DNA from: Bacilli bacterium
GTDB lineage: Bacteria > Bacillota_I > Bacilli_A > RFN20 > CAG-826
Length of the DNA: 64,000 nucleotides
Reading direction: 5' to 3'
Assembly: GCA_017940265.1 (NCBI GenBank)
Contig: JAGAYY010000025.1
Location: 711-64,710 of the forward strand
In this document: positions 18,037-27,784 of the stretch, one piece after another
Layout: every line of letters starts with the position of its first letter
Numbering within the stretch: the first letter of the stretch is position 1
Translations under genes and position numbers: made by a program
The notes under the pieces: model-generated
The model's database searches: none
What the model was told of the DNA's origin: nothing
What the model saw: the letters and a program-made list of their open reading frames with translations, nothing else

Positions 18037-18888
18037 GAAGGTCATGAAAGAGTGCTCGATAAAATGGGCTACTTAAAAGCTGAGAAATCTTGCACGTTCA
18101 GAGAAGAAGGTAAGTGGATTATCCTTAAGGTTAGAGGAGGAGAACTTAAGTATCCAAGACCCGATAACCTAGTAACATTGGGAAAGGATAAGTTTGAGAA
18201 AGGTGAGAGTGTATGTTGTGCTTATAATACCTCATCTCCAATCAGTAAGCTTAATTCATTGATTAATTTAATGAGAGCTAGAGGTTCGGCAGGTTTGAGG
18301 TATTTTGAGAAGGATAATATCATTGTATCGGATTGCTATGCATATGAAGATGGGATTATCAAGTATGTAGAAACTGAAGGGGGAGATATTGAAGTTAAGA
18401 TTGGGTCTAAGACTTATCAATATAATCCTAACTGTATGTATTATTTCCCTGACGGTTCTGAAGTGAAGAAATTTGATAGAATCTGCTCTGGAGTGGTTAA
18501 TATGGGCCATGTGATTTCAGAGCTAGGAACAGATCTGAATGATATCTATCTTATCTTCCGTAAGCAATTCTATACTTTAACAGATGGTGGATTCTTGAAA
18601 AATGGATTCTCTGATCTTGGTTCGACGCAGGAAGAAATTATTGAAATTCTGTTCGCAGGATTGACCAATATTAACTATGATCCTAAGTCAGCTAAAATTC
18701 AGGATATCGATTATCAAGGAACACAGACTGCCGTACTCTCAAAGAAATCATTCTATACCGTACTGTCTTATGGATATAGTTCTAGAATCATCGGTAAAGC
18801 ACTCAAAGGCGAAGTTAATCTTGGTAATGATGTTATGACCGGTGTTATCTTAGGCTTACTCCTTGATAATAAACTTGATCAGGATTAG
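18037..18888 (+). CDS. rpoC: RNAP beta-prime homologue, exon 5 (C-terminal part)
   Basis: In frame with exon 4. The five exons total 3339 nt, which is 1113 codons including the TAG stop. Confidence 0.6.
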   Translation, partial: EGHERVLDKMGYLKAEKSCTFREEGKWIILKVRGGELKYPRPDNLVTLGKDKFEKGESVCCAYNTSSPISKLNSLINLMRARGSAGLRYFEKDNIIVSDCYAYEDGIIKYVETEGGDIEVKIGSKTYQYNPNCMYYFPDGSEVKKFDRICSGVVNMGHVISELGTDLNDIYLIFRKQFYTLTDGGFLKNGFSDLGSTQEEIIEILFAGLTNINYDPKSAKIQDIDYQGTQTAVLSKKSFYTVLSYGYSSRIIGKALKGEVNLGNDVMTGVILGLLLDNKLDQD

Positions 18889-18898
18889 GAATAATTAT

Positions 18899-19120
18899 AT
18901 GGGAACTATGAAGATTGAATTTGACGTTCCTGAGTTTGAAAAGGAACTCGAGATCAACATAGTTATTCGAAAAGATGGTGAGGTGGTTGTAAGAGAATCA
19001 GCCACTCCACCATCAACCTCGGAAACTATGACAGAAGAAAAACAGATGAAAAAATCTGTATCCAAGGCAAAGAAGAGCCCTGGTAATTTGATGGACCCTA
19101 ACTTATTTGATACAATATGA
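18899..19120 (+). CDS. hypothetical small protein
   Basis: ATG at 18899 (the tracked TTG start overlaps the beta-prime gene). 73 aa. Confidence 0.4.
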   Translation: MGTMKIEFDVPEFEKELEINIVIRKDGEVVVRESATPPSTSETMTEEKQMKKSVSKAKKSPGNLMDPNLFDTI

Positions 19121-19473
19121 GTGGAGATAATACTTACTACAACATTATCCTGACTTACGAGATACCATATAATGTATTAGATAGTCAGGACCCTAGTATA
19201 ATTCAAGCCCGGGATAACCTATATGAGAGGTTGGCTAATATAATTCCCCCTAAGTATGAACTTTTCTCGGTTAAACTTGTATTATACCAACTCAAGGATA
19301 CTTATAATTTCTTAGTTACTTACAATGCTTTCTTTAGATCTACCTCGGGATTACCAATGAGTGAATATGTTGAGGCTCGAGATCTAAAGGACTTAATAAA
19401 TAGTGAACTTGAGGAATTTTTCAACTCAGTAGATTGTGAATATAAACAATTGAATATTAAATCTTTAGTATGA
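19117..19473 (+). CDS. hypothetical protein
   Basis: 118-aa ORF with ATGA overlaps on both sides. Confidence 0.45.
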   Translation: MSGDNTYYNIILTYEIPYNVLDSQDPSIIQARDNLYERLANIIPPKYELFSVKLVLYQLKDTYNFLVTYNAFFRSTSGLPMSEYVEARDLKDLINSELEEFFNSVDCEYKQLNIKSLV

Positions 19474-21841
19474 GCAACTTTAATGAGTATTTCAGAAACA
19501 AAGGTGCCAGTTTGATGGTAGAGAGATTCTTCGGAAATGCAGATACTTTTAATCCAAATGTCAAAATTGCTACTATGACTCACTCTATTGTTGATGAGCC
19601 AGAACAACCAGCTTCATATTATGTTGAAAATGGTCTGACTGCAACACATAAGGTGAGAATTGAGTATACAACTACTGACGCTCCGGATGAAATAAAGTAT
19701 TCTGAATTCGAAGTCCCTAAAGAAATAGATGGCGTCTTCATTATTGAGGGAGCCTATCGAATCGCAACCAACAAAATGGGATCGGATTATGACTGCCGTA
19801 TTAGAATGTCTGGATCAGGAGATTATATAATTAACTTCGACTATGACAGAAGATACGACATTAATAAACGTATTCTGAAAATCAAGAGGACTAATCCAGA
19901 ACTCAGATTAATTGACCGAGATGTTAAACTAAAGTATGAGGAAATAGATGCTGCAACAGGTGAAACTAAGGAATTACTGAAACTCTCCGAAGATCAGATT
20001 AAGAAATTCCAGATTAAACTTAACATCGACTATAAACCTGAATATATTAGTACTAGGTTAATTAATGATTGCTTGGCCTTTGGAGATGATAGACTTAAAG
20101 ACTTGATTATAGACAAAACGATAGAAAGTGTACCGACTAGTTTTATAAAACATATCTTTAGATCGAATAACGGTAGAAACTATAATAGTGCTCGTCGTCA
20201 TATTTCGAGCTATTTTGCAAAATATGGAAAACTATCGGAGCAAGTTTCTGTTATAACCACAATGTCTATCCGATTCTTTAAGGGAAGTTCAGATTCAAAG
20301 GGAGATACCGGCTTACAAGTTCCTCCAGGTATTAACGCTGCGAACTTACAAAGCTTGGGAAGTAAAATTACAGTACCAGCAACAGTAGCTTTTAATAGCA
20401 CATTCACTGATTTGATCGATATAGCAGATACACCGATAAATAATAATACCAACCTACAGAACGCACTGACCGTATCTACATCGATTACTGATGATGGTAT
20501 TATATTTCAGGCCTACACATTAGATTGGCAAAGAGTTCCTATTAAGTATATTGATTACTTAAATGCGAAAGTATGTGCCTCTGAGTATGTAGATTACAAA
20601 ACGCATCAAATTAAGCCGAATGAAAATGGTGAGGTTGAGGTTAAGTACAGAATGAGACGCAAAATGGTCAAGGTAGATGAAATTGAATTAATAGATCTAC
20701 ACCCCGATTTCCGTCTCTCTGAAGCTACTCGTCGAATTCCATTTATTAATTCAACTGACTCTGTTCGTATTTCAATGGGCGCATCGATGCTAAAACAAGC
20801 AATCCCATTGGTAAATGCAGAACGAGCACTTGTCGGTACTGGTCATTCAGAAGAACTGAAAGACAATGTACTAAATGAAAAATTTAAATACGACAAAGGA
20901 AAGGTTAAAGATATTACGGAGTTTGATATTGAAATAGAACTTCCGGATGGTCAGATAATCAAACATCCTCGTCGAACAGCAATCCAATCTCAGAATGATG
21001 TTTGTGTCTATTCTCAGCCTAAGGTTAAGATAGGACAGAAACTTAAGAAGGGAGATATTATTGCTGGTGCCACTAACTTAGAGGTAGATACTTATAAAAA
21101 TGGTATCAATGCTCTTGTACTATTCCATGCCTATCACGGTTTAGTTAATGAAGATGCACTTGTTGTGTCTGAATCATTCGCTAATAAATGTGTTCACTAT
21201 AGTATCATTGATTTACAGTTGAACATTAAGAATACTGCAGCCCTTAAATGGATTGCTCCGATAGGTACAAAAGTTAAGTCTGGGGATAGTGTTGTTGGTG
21301 TTTATAAGACGAATCGATTAGATGACGTAAATAAAGCTCTTGCCGAAAAATTAGGAGGACTTTTTGGTGAAGGAGGTAAGGATATCACTGAATATACTAC
21401 CGAAGATTTCCTTAAGGTACCAAATAACATTGACGAAGCTTATATATCCGATGTCTTAATTCAGGAACAAAAAAATCCTAAAATTCCTAAGTCAGTTAAA
21501 ACCCCCGACTATCGATTTTCACAAACTTCTCGTGAGGTTGCAGCCGAGTACGAAAAGGGAATGGATAGAAAAGTAATCTATGACCGTTTCCCAGAGTATG
21601 TAGCCTCCGATCGTCTACGCCCAATTAATATGAGCCGTGATGAATATAAAGTTACTTTTACCGTCAGAATAAGACTAATCAAGAGAACTATCCTTATGGT
21701 TGGTTCAAAAGTTACTAATTCTTATGGTGGAAAGGGTGTGATCTCGATGGTTAAACCAGATGAATTAATGCCTATAATGGTTGACAAAAACACAGGCAAA
21801 CAGCATCGTGTCGAAGTCATAATGAACCCATATTCCACGAT
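19470..21841 (+). CDS. rpoB: RNAP beta homologue, exon 1
   Basis: RRIPFINSTDSVRISMGASMLKQAIPL matches [38 protein letters not shown]...ELMP matches GDKxAGRHGNKGVxS...DMP. The exon ends ...MNPYSTI. Confidence 0.75.
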
Positions 21842-22699
21842 AAACTAGCGATTTGTCGTGATTAAATTGTATAAAAATGCTGGAAAGGTTAATCCCAATC
21901 AGCAGTATAGATTAGTATTGTAAGTTAGTATGTCTGTCCTGAACTTAACAAAAATAAAAGCATATGGAAACAGATAAAAACTTATGGTGGTATGAGAGAT
22001 TATATAAACAAATCACCGAACGAGGAAAACTACGTGGAGATGATAAATCAAAATTAGAAGGATACTATGAAAGGCACCACATCGTTCCTAGATGTGTTGG
22101 AGGTGGAGACGAACCAGAAAATCTAGTCCTCCTAACCTTCAGAGAACATGTCTTATGTCATATTATTCTCACTCGATTATATCCACGAAACTTACATATC
22201 TTGTTAGCAGCAAATATCTTGTTGCGAATAGACAAGAAAGACACAAATGGTAATATTATTAAGGTAACTATTAAACGATCTAGAGTTGCCGAAGACATAA
22301 AACTTAAATACGCAGAGGGTAAAACTAGAGAAGAAAGAATCAAAGTTTCTACCCCAGAATTAGGTCGTCGTTATTCTAAAGAAACGAGAGAAAAATTTAG
22401 GGCAGCTAGATTAGGGAAGAAACACCCAGGACATCCAGGCTTAGGAACAAAACCCAAGCCAGTCAAAGATCCAGCAGGTGTTATATTCCGAAGTCTTAAT
22501 CGCTGTTCAAAGGCATATTGCGTTAGTATTTCCACAGTTAAAGGTTGGATTACGAGAAGACAAGGATTTACTTACGTAGAAGATGATGAGTAAGACGACT
22601 GACCTACAATACTTAATCTATATTCAAAGACTATATATACAACTGTCCCAGATTACAGATGATATAGTCTAGCCTAAGGTGCAAACCTATAGGATATTG
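21842..22699 (+). mobile_element. group I intron 5 (858 nt) with an HNH endonuclease ORF
   Basis: Guide gtcgtg (21855-21860) pairs 6 bp with exon cacgat, with U.G at 21841. Core elements: P 21875-21888, Q 21897-21906, R attcaaagactatat 22612-22626, S agatgatatagtct 22647-22660. A hairpin is followed by atattG at 22699. Confidence 0.7.
21964..22593 (+). CDS. intron-encoded HNH homing endonuclease
   Basis: HHIVPRCVGGGDEPENLVLLTFREHVLCH is an HNH motif. NUMOD-like repeats (SKETREKFRAARLGKKH) lie C-terminal to it. Confidence 0.75.
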   Translation: METDKNLWWYERLYKQITERGKLRGDDKSKLEGYYERHHIVPRCVGGGDEPENLVLLTFREHVLCHIILTRLYPRNLHILLAANILLRIDKKDTNGNIIKVTIKRSRVAEDIKLKYAEGKTREERIKVSTPELGRRYSKETREKFRAARLGKKHPGHPGLGTKPKPVKDPAGVIFRSLNRCSKAYCVSISTVKGWITRRQGFTYVEDDE

Positions 22700-23492
22700 A
22701 AATCGCAAAATTTCAGGCGTTATTATGGAACAGTCACTCGGAAACTGTGTCCATCGTATATATGATCTGGTTGAAGAGTATAAAAGAACTAAAACGGGTC
22801 AAAAGAAAATCATGCCCCTAATTGAAAAATACTATCCAGGACGTTACACTGGAATGGATGTTTTAGATTTCATTAAGTTACATGAATCAAAACCAATCGA
22901 GGAAGTATATTATCTCGAGGTAGGATGTTATTCTGATTTTACACCAGAAATAGTCGACCAATGGATGGAAGAACTTGGTGTAGAGAGTCAGTCAGAAATC
23001 CTAATGCCTGAGGTAGAACTTTCTGATCTGGATGAACTTAAGAATAATCTAAGCCCAGAAGAGTATGATGAGATTAGAAAGGATATGATTGGAAAATTTA
23101 GACCTGTAGATAAGAAGCTTCAGTGTGGTTGGATGCTTCTTGAGGAACTCTATCATATTCCAAGCTATTCGAATAAAGTAACAACAAGTATGGCAGGAAT
23201 CGACATTAACTCTAAGAAGGATGAGCCTATCTTGGGTAGAGGTCGATATAGAATTACTGGTCAGAAAATTGGTGAAGATGAACTTAGTGCTTTGTTATCA
23301 AGAAATGCTAGAGAATTTATTCAAGGTACTAGAAAAGATACCGCAAGAGAAGATAATCAGCTATTCTTGAATAATCTATTGAGTCTTGGTTTAACAATTT
23401 CGGATAGTGAAGGATTCAATCAAGGTGGTTCTAGTCTTAAGAGCGACCTTAAGAATATGAAGACTAAATTTAGATTAAAGAATCAGAAATGA
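22700..23492 (+). CDS. rpoB: RNAP beta homologue, exon 2
   Basis: The junction gives NPYSTI|NRKISGVIMEQSLG, matching [20 protein letters not shown]. The two exons total 3165 nt (1055 codons). Confidence 0.7.
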
Positions 23493-24124
23493 ACGACGTA
23501 ATTAATAGCTGTCTTATGTGGGCAGTTAACTTGGAGACCCCTGTGAGCCTCGGTTGCCTTTTTGATTCAGAAGATCTAAAGGACACCGGAATAGAGATAG
23601 ATTCACATATTACTCTTCTTTATGCTCAAGGAAAGGTTATTGACAGAAAAAACTTATTAGAAGAAATTCATGATATCCTAGGTCCTGATGATTATAATTG
23701 GATCTTAGAGTTTATTCAGGGAGACTCGAGTTATAGAATTTTGGATGTCTTTGACCTTGGATGTTTTGAGAATGATTCTGACTATTTAGTACTTAAACTT
23801 AGAAAAGAAACTGAAGTCTATAAAGCTTTAAGCCTAATAAATAAAAGTCTAAGTATTAAATACGGAGTTACATCTGATTTTGCTCAGTATACTCCACATA
23901 TAACGTTGGCTGAACTACAACCAGGTACTGTGAAAAAATACTTAGAATCAGATGTAGTCAGACTCGTTCTTGAAGACAGTGTATATAATTTTGAGGACTT
24001 GTTTATATCATATGGAACTGCAAATGAACCAGTTGATAGAAAACAATATTATCTCACTAATTATAAATGCTTAGATCGCTTTTTTAGATTACTCCGGCTG
24101 AAAAAAGAAATAGATGAGCTCTAA
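23489..24124 (+). CDS. 2H phosphoesterase superfamily protein (LigT / 2',3'-cyclic phosphodiesterase-like)
   Basis: Two HxT motifs are present at the expected spacing: DSHITLLYA and TPHITLAEL. Confidence 0.65.
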   Translation: MNDVINSCLMWAVNLETPVSLGCLFDSEDLKDTGIEIDSHITLLYAQGKVIDRKNLLEEIHDILGPDDYNWILEFIQGDSSYRILDVFDLGCFENDSDYLVLKLRKETEVYKALSLINKSLSIKYGVTSDFAQYTPHITLAELQPGTVKKYLESDVVRLVLEDSVYNFEDLFISYGTANEPVDRKQYYLTNYKCLDRFFRLLRLKKEIDEL

Positions 24125-24308
24125 AACTCATCTACCAGCTTTCTTTATCAAGAAGGACTAAAAGATTTCAGAATATGATCTTTCGAGGTTTTTGATAATA
24201 ATCATTACATATCTAAAACACAAAACCTATGAGGATAAAAAAATATGGTATTCCATAGATTAAACATAAATACCATAATTCCTCATATATAGTTTTGAGG
24301 CGATCTGG

Positions 24309-24343
24309 GACGGTGTAGATTTTTATCTACACCGTCCTTTTTT
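24309..24343. terminator. strong bidirectional hairpin terminator
   Basis: 12-bp stem ggacggtgtaga/tctacaccgtcc followed by TTTTTT. It lies between convergent transcription units. Confidence 0.65.
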
Positions 24344-24947
24344 ATTTTGTTAATATCTCTTTCACAATTTCTTTAATCCCGACTCTTTCTTTAAACTTAT
24401 AAGTGCCACGATTAGTTTTTAATACTAGATTCCTAGTTCGCGTTTCCATCCATACTACTAGGGTAATTATTGCTTCCCAGTCTTGATAGGCCTTCCAGAA
24501 TAATTTTATTTCGCAGATTAGAGTATCATCTGTGTAACCAAGTTCTCTGATTATATCTCCTATCTTCTTTCTCTTAACAGTTTCGAATCTATCATGAAGA
24601 TTTTGATATAATTCTGCGAACTCTTCACCCTCTAAAATCCTATCGGGGAGTTCTGGAAGCTCTATATTCCCTAGTAATGATTTTTGGATACCGCGCCAGG
24701 ATGAGTCTTTTCTTATTAGTACTCTTTGTTGGCCTAGTTCGACTATACAAGTTTCTTCCCTAGTATAATGATAACCAATAATCATAGTAACCGCTTCTCT
24801 AGTCATCCCATTTAGCCATAATCGTTCTAAGTTTCGTAAGACTTCTAGATCAGAAATACCAAAAGTACTGAAAGACCTCGGACCCTCTATATGTGAAATT
24901 ATTCCATCATATAAACGCCCAAACATTTCTTGTGTTATTACTTTCAT
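24342..24947 (-). CDS. hypothetical protein
   Basis: 201-aa ORF whose ATG lies 6 nt after a CCTTATA box. Confidence 0.5.
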   Translation of the reverse strand: MKVITQEMFGRLYDGIISHIEGPRSFSTFGISDLEVLRNLERLWLNGMTREAVTMIIGYHYTREETCIVELGQQRVLIRKDSSWRGIQKSLLGNIELPELPDRILEGEEFAELYQNLHDRFETVKRKKIGDIIRELGYTDDTLICEIKLFWKAYQDWEAIITLVVWMETRTRNLVLKTNRGTYKFKERVGIKEIVKEILTK

Positions 24948-24960
24948 CTTAATTATAAGG
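24948..24960 (-). promoter_or_regulatory. CCTTATA box (caaaaccttataattaag) abutting ATG 24947
   Basis: One half of a divergent pair with 24986-24998. Confidence 0.45.
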
Positions 24961-24985
24961 TTTTGCTCTTCATAGGGTCTGTATT

Positions 24986-24998
24986 CCTTATAGGTGTT
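24986..24998 (+). promoter_or_regulatory. CCTTATA-NN-TGTT box (ccttataggtgtt) abutting ATG 24999
   Basis: One half of a divergent pair with 24948-24960. Confidence 0.45.
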
Positions 24999-25148
24999 AT
25001 GAAGAAAATTGTATTTATTTTAGGTGCCTTCGTTATGGTTACCTTCGGCTGTACTGGGAATAAGACGGCCGAGAACACAGGAGTAGTAGATTCAGATACA
25101 GTAGTGGTTGATACAGCTGCTATTGATTCAACTATTTGCCCTGATTAA
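24999..25148 (+). CDS. small lipoprotein
   Basis: MKKIVFILGAFVMVTFGC is a signal peptide with a lipobox Cys. The start is trimmed from the tracked 24930. Confidence 0.55.
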   Translation: MKKIVFILGAFVMVTFGCTGNKTAENTGVVDSDTVVVDTAAIDSTICPD

Positions 25149-25210
25149 GAGAGTAGGAGAATCTTTTTAGGTTCTCCGAAATCCTTATTTAAGAAATTAA
25201 GACAAAATAT

Positions 25211-27784
25211 ATGGAAGACTTAAAATTTACAGTTTCAGATGAACTTAAAGTTATACTGAGAAATGCTAATCAAATGGCAAAATCAAATAGCGATAAGGAA
25301 CTGACTGTCGAACTTATTACGTATCTTATCCTCAAACGATATATAAACGAGGAGGGAGACCTAGAGAGTAATATTATTAAGGGTGTTCTAGATGATTACA
25401 AAGATTCAGCAAAGAAAGAAATGCTTGAAGCTTGTAAGAAAGAATATGAGAGAACAGCCAAGAAAACATCATTATTCTCAAGATTTGAAAATTATACATT
25501 CTCGGAAGGATTAGAGGAAACCTTCGAACGTACTAATACAATAATGTCTATTAAAAATGAAATAGAAAGTACGGAGGGTAATATTATAACTACCGAGCAT
25601 CTCTTAGTCTACGGAATTCTACATCATAAATGTAAATTGGTAGACCTCCTTAGTGGAACTTATCAATTTAATCATATAAGATTCATGGCTCAGCAAGTAT
25701 GTGAGTCAATCTTTAGTGAACCAGAACTTAAGGAGAAGAGAATAGAAACTCCCCCAGAAAAAGAGGATACGACTGAGGAAGATGATGATAAGTTTGAAAG
25801 AGCCGCCGAAGGACAAGATGCAATCTCCGTCCGAAAACATGATCCCAATTCGAAAACTCCATATCTAGATCAATTTGGCCTTGATATGACACAAAAGGCA
25901 AAAGATGGAGGATATGACCCAGTAATCGGTAGAGATAAGGAGATTTCACAAGTCATCGAGGTATTATGTTGTCGAAAGAAAAATAATGCAGCTCTTCTTG
26001 GTGAGGCTGGTGTCGGTAAAAGTGCACTAGTAGAAGGTCTTGCTCAGAAAATAGCGAACGATGATGTACCTATGGAGCTTAGAGGAAAACAAATATTCTC
26101 GGTTTCCACCACAGATCTTCAGGCAGGTACAATCTATAGAGGACAACTTGAGGAAAGAATTCAGAAGTTATGTGAGGAGGTCAGAGATAATCGAGATATC
26201 ATTCTCTATATCGACGAATTCCATCAAGCTGTTTCCGATAGTTCCTCTAATATTGCCCAAATGATGAAACCTTCTTTAGCACGTGGAGAACTCAATGCGA
26301 TTGTTTCTACGACTGTATCTGAATATAGAAGATATGTTGAGAAAGATGCCGCTCTTAAAAGAAGATTTGAACCTATCTACTTAGAAGAGCCTAACACCGA
26401 GGAAACTGTTAAGATCTTGGAAGGATTAGCTCCTGGATATGCTAAATTCCACCATGTTCGTTTTGGTGAAGGGGTTCTTGAAAAGTGTGTGGAATGGTCT
26501 GGACGTTATATAACAGATAGACAATTCCCAGATAAAGCTATTGGAATTATGGATATGGCTGCTTCGGTAACTAAACTCCAAAATCCATTAGATTATGAGA
26601 AGAGAACCGAACTACAGGAAGCTATTGATAAACTTAACTCACAAGCTGACTCCGCCATTGAGAATTCAGAATTTGAAAGGGCGTCTAAGATCAGGGATGC
26701 TAGAATTAAAATAGAATCCGAACTTAAAGATCTCATTCAGGCTCAAGAAGAGAACCAAGAGGGATGGCCAGAAGTTACTATTAATGAAGTTTCCTCAGTA
26801 ATCTCTAAATTATCTGGAGTTCCTATTGACAAAATAATGAACTCTGATATGGGTAAGGTTAGAGAAATGAAAGCTACCTTAGGGAAACAAGTAATTGGAC
26901 AGGATAAAGCTATTGAAGAATTATCTGTAGCCCTTCAGAGAAATATCTTAGGTTTACGTGATCCGAAAAAACCTATCGCATCATTCCTTTTAGTGGGACC
27001 GACTGGAGTAGGTAAAAGCTTGGTCTCTAAGGTTCTCGCCCAAGAATTTTTTGGATCAGATAACTCTTTGGTTACTATTGCTTGTTCTGAATATATGCAA
27101 GAATGGGCAGAGTCTAAGTTATTGGGCTCGGCTCCCGGTTATGTTGGATTCGAAAATACAGAACCGCGCCTCTATGTTCTTAAGCGTCGGCCTTTCTGTG
27201 TTCTCTTAATTGATGAAATTGAGAAATCACACAGTAACTTATATAATATTTGGTTGAATATGCTTGAAGAAGGAGAAGTAACCTTGAGTAGCGGCGAGAA
27301 AGTTAGCTGTAGAGATTGTATTATTATCTTCACAGGTAATGTCGGAACTAAATCTCTCGAACTTAAGTCTGGGGATCTTGGATTTGGCACTAAGAGTAAA
27401 GAAGATAAGAAAAAGACCGACGTTGCTACAGTGATGAAAGAAGTTAAAAAAGAATTTCGGCCCGAGTTTTTAAATAGACTTTCTGGAATTATAGTATTTA
27501 ATCCCTTGGGGAACGAGGAACTTCTGCAGATCTTCGACTTAGAATTAGGTAAGCTTCAGGAACGACTCTCTGGTAAATATAAGATCGGAGTTAGTAAAAA
27601 GCTCAAATCTTGGATAGTGGATAAAGCTGAACCGCAATATGGAGCTAGATCCTTACAGAGATTAATTGTCGAGTATGTAGAACAAGAAATCTGTAAAAAA
27701 CTACTTGATGAAGATCCTGGCGACAAGAAAAAAGTAAGTCTTGACCTTGGAAAAGATGAGGTAATTAAAGTTAAGTTTTCATGA
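25211..27784 (+). CDS. Clp/Hsp100 double-ring AAA+ unfoldase (ClpC/ClpB-like)
   Basis: NBD1 has GEAGVGKSALVEGLA and ILYIDEFH. NBD2 has GPTGVGKSLVSKVLA and VLLIDEIEK. A UVR-like linker (FERASKIRDARIKIE) and an LGF tripeptide (GDLGFG) in NBD2 are present. Confidence 0.8.
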   Translation: MEDLKFTVSDELKVILRNANQMAKSNSDKELTVELITYLILKRYINEEGDLESNIIKGVLDDYKDSAKKEMLEACKKEYERTAKKTSLFSRFENYTFSEGLEETFERTNTIMSIKNEIESTEGNIITTEHLLVYGILHHKCKLVDLLSGTYQFNHIRFMAQQVCESIFSEPELKEKRIETPPEKEDTTEEDDDKFERAAEGQDAISVRKHDPNSKTPYLDQFGLDMTQKAKDGGYDPVIGRDKEISQVIEVLCCRKKNNAALLGEAGVGKSALVEGLAQKIANDDVPMELRGKQIFSVSTTDLQAGTIYRGQLEERIQKLCEEVRDNRDIILYIDEFHQAVSDSSSNIAQMMKPSLARGELNAIVSTTVSEYRRYVEKDAALKRRFEPIYLEEPNTEETVKILEGLAPGYAKFHHVRFGEGVLEKCVEWSGRYITDRQFPDKAIGIMDMAASVTKLQNPLDYEKRTELQEAIDKLNSQADSAIENSEFERASKIRDARIKIESELKDLIQAQEENQEGWPEVTINEVSSVISKLSGVPIDKIMNSDMGKVREMKATLGKQVIGQDKAIEELSVALQRNILGLRDPKKPIASFLLVGPTGVGKSLVSKVLAQEFFGSDNSLVTIACSEYMQEWAESKLLGSAPGYVGFENTEPRLYVLKRRPFCVLLIDEIEKSHSNLYNIWLNMLEEGEVTLSSGEKVSCRDCIIIFTGNVGTKSLELKSGDLGFGTKSKEDKKKTDVATVMKEVKKEFRPEFLNRLSGIIVFNPLGNEELLQIFDLELGKLQERLSGKYKIGVSKKLKSWIVDKAEPQYGARSLQRLIVEYVEQEICKKLLDEDPGDKKKVSLDLGKDEVIKVKFS

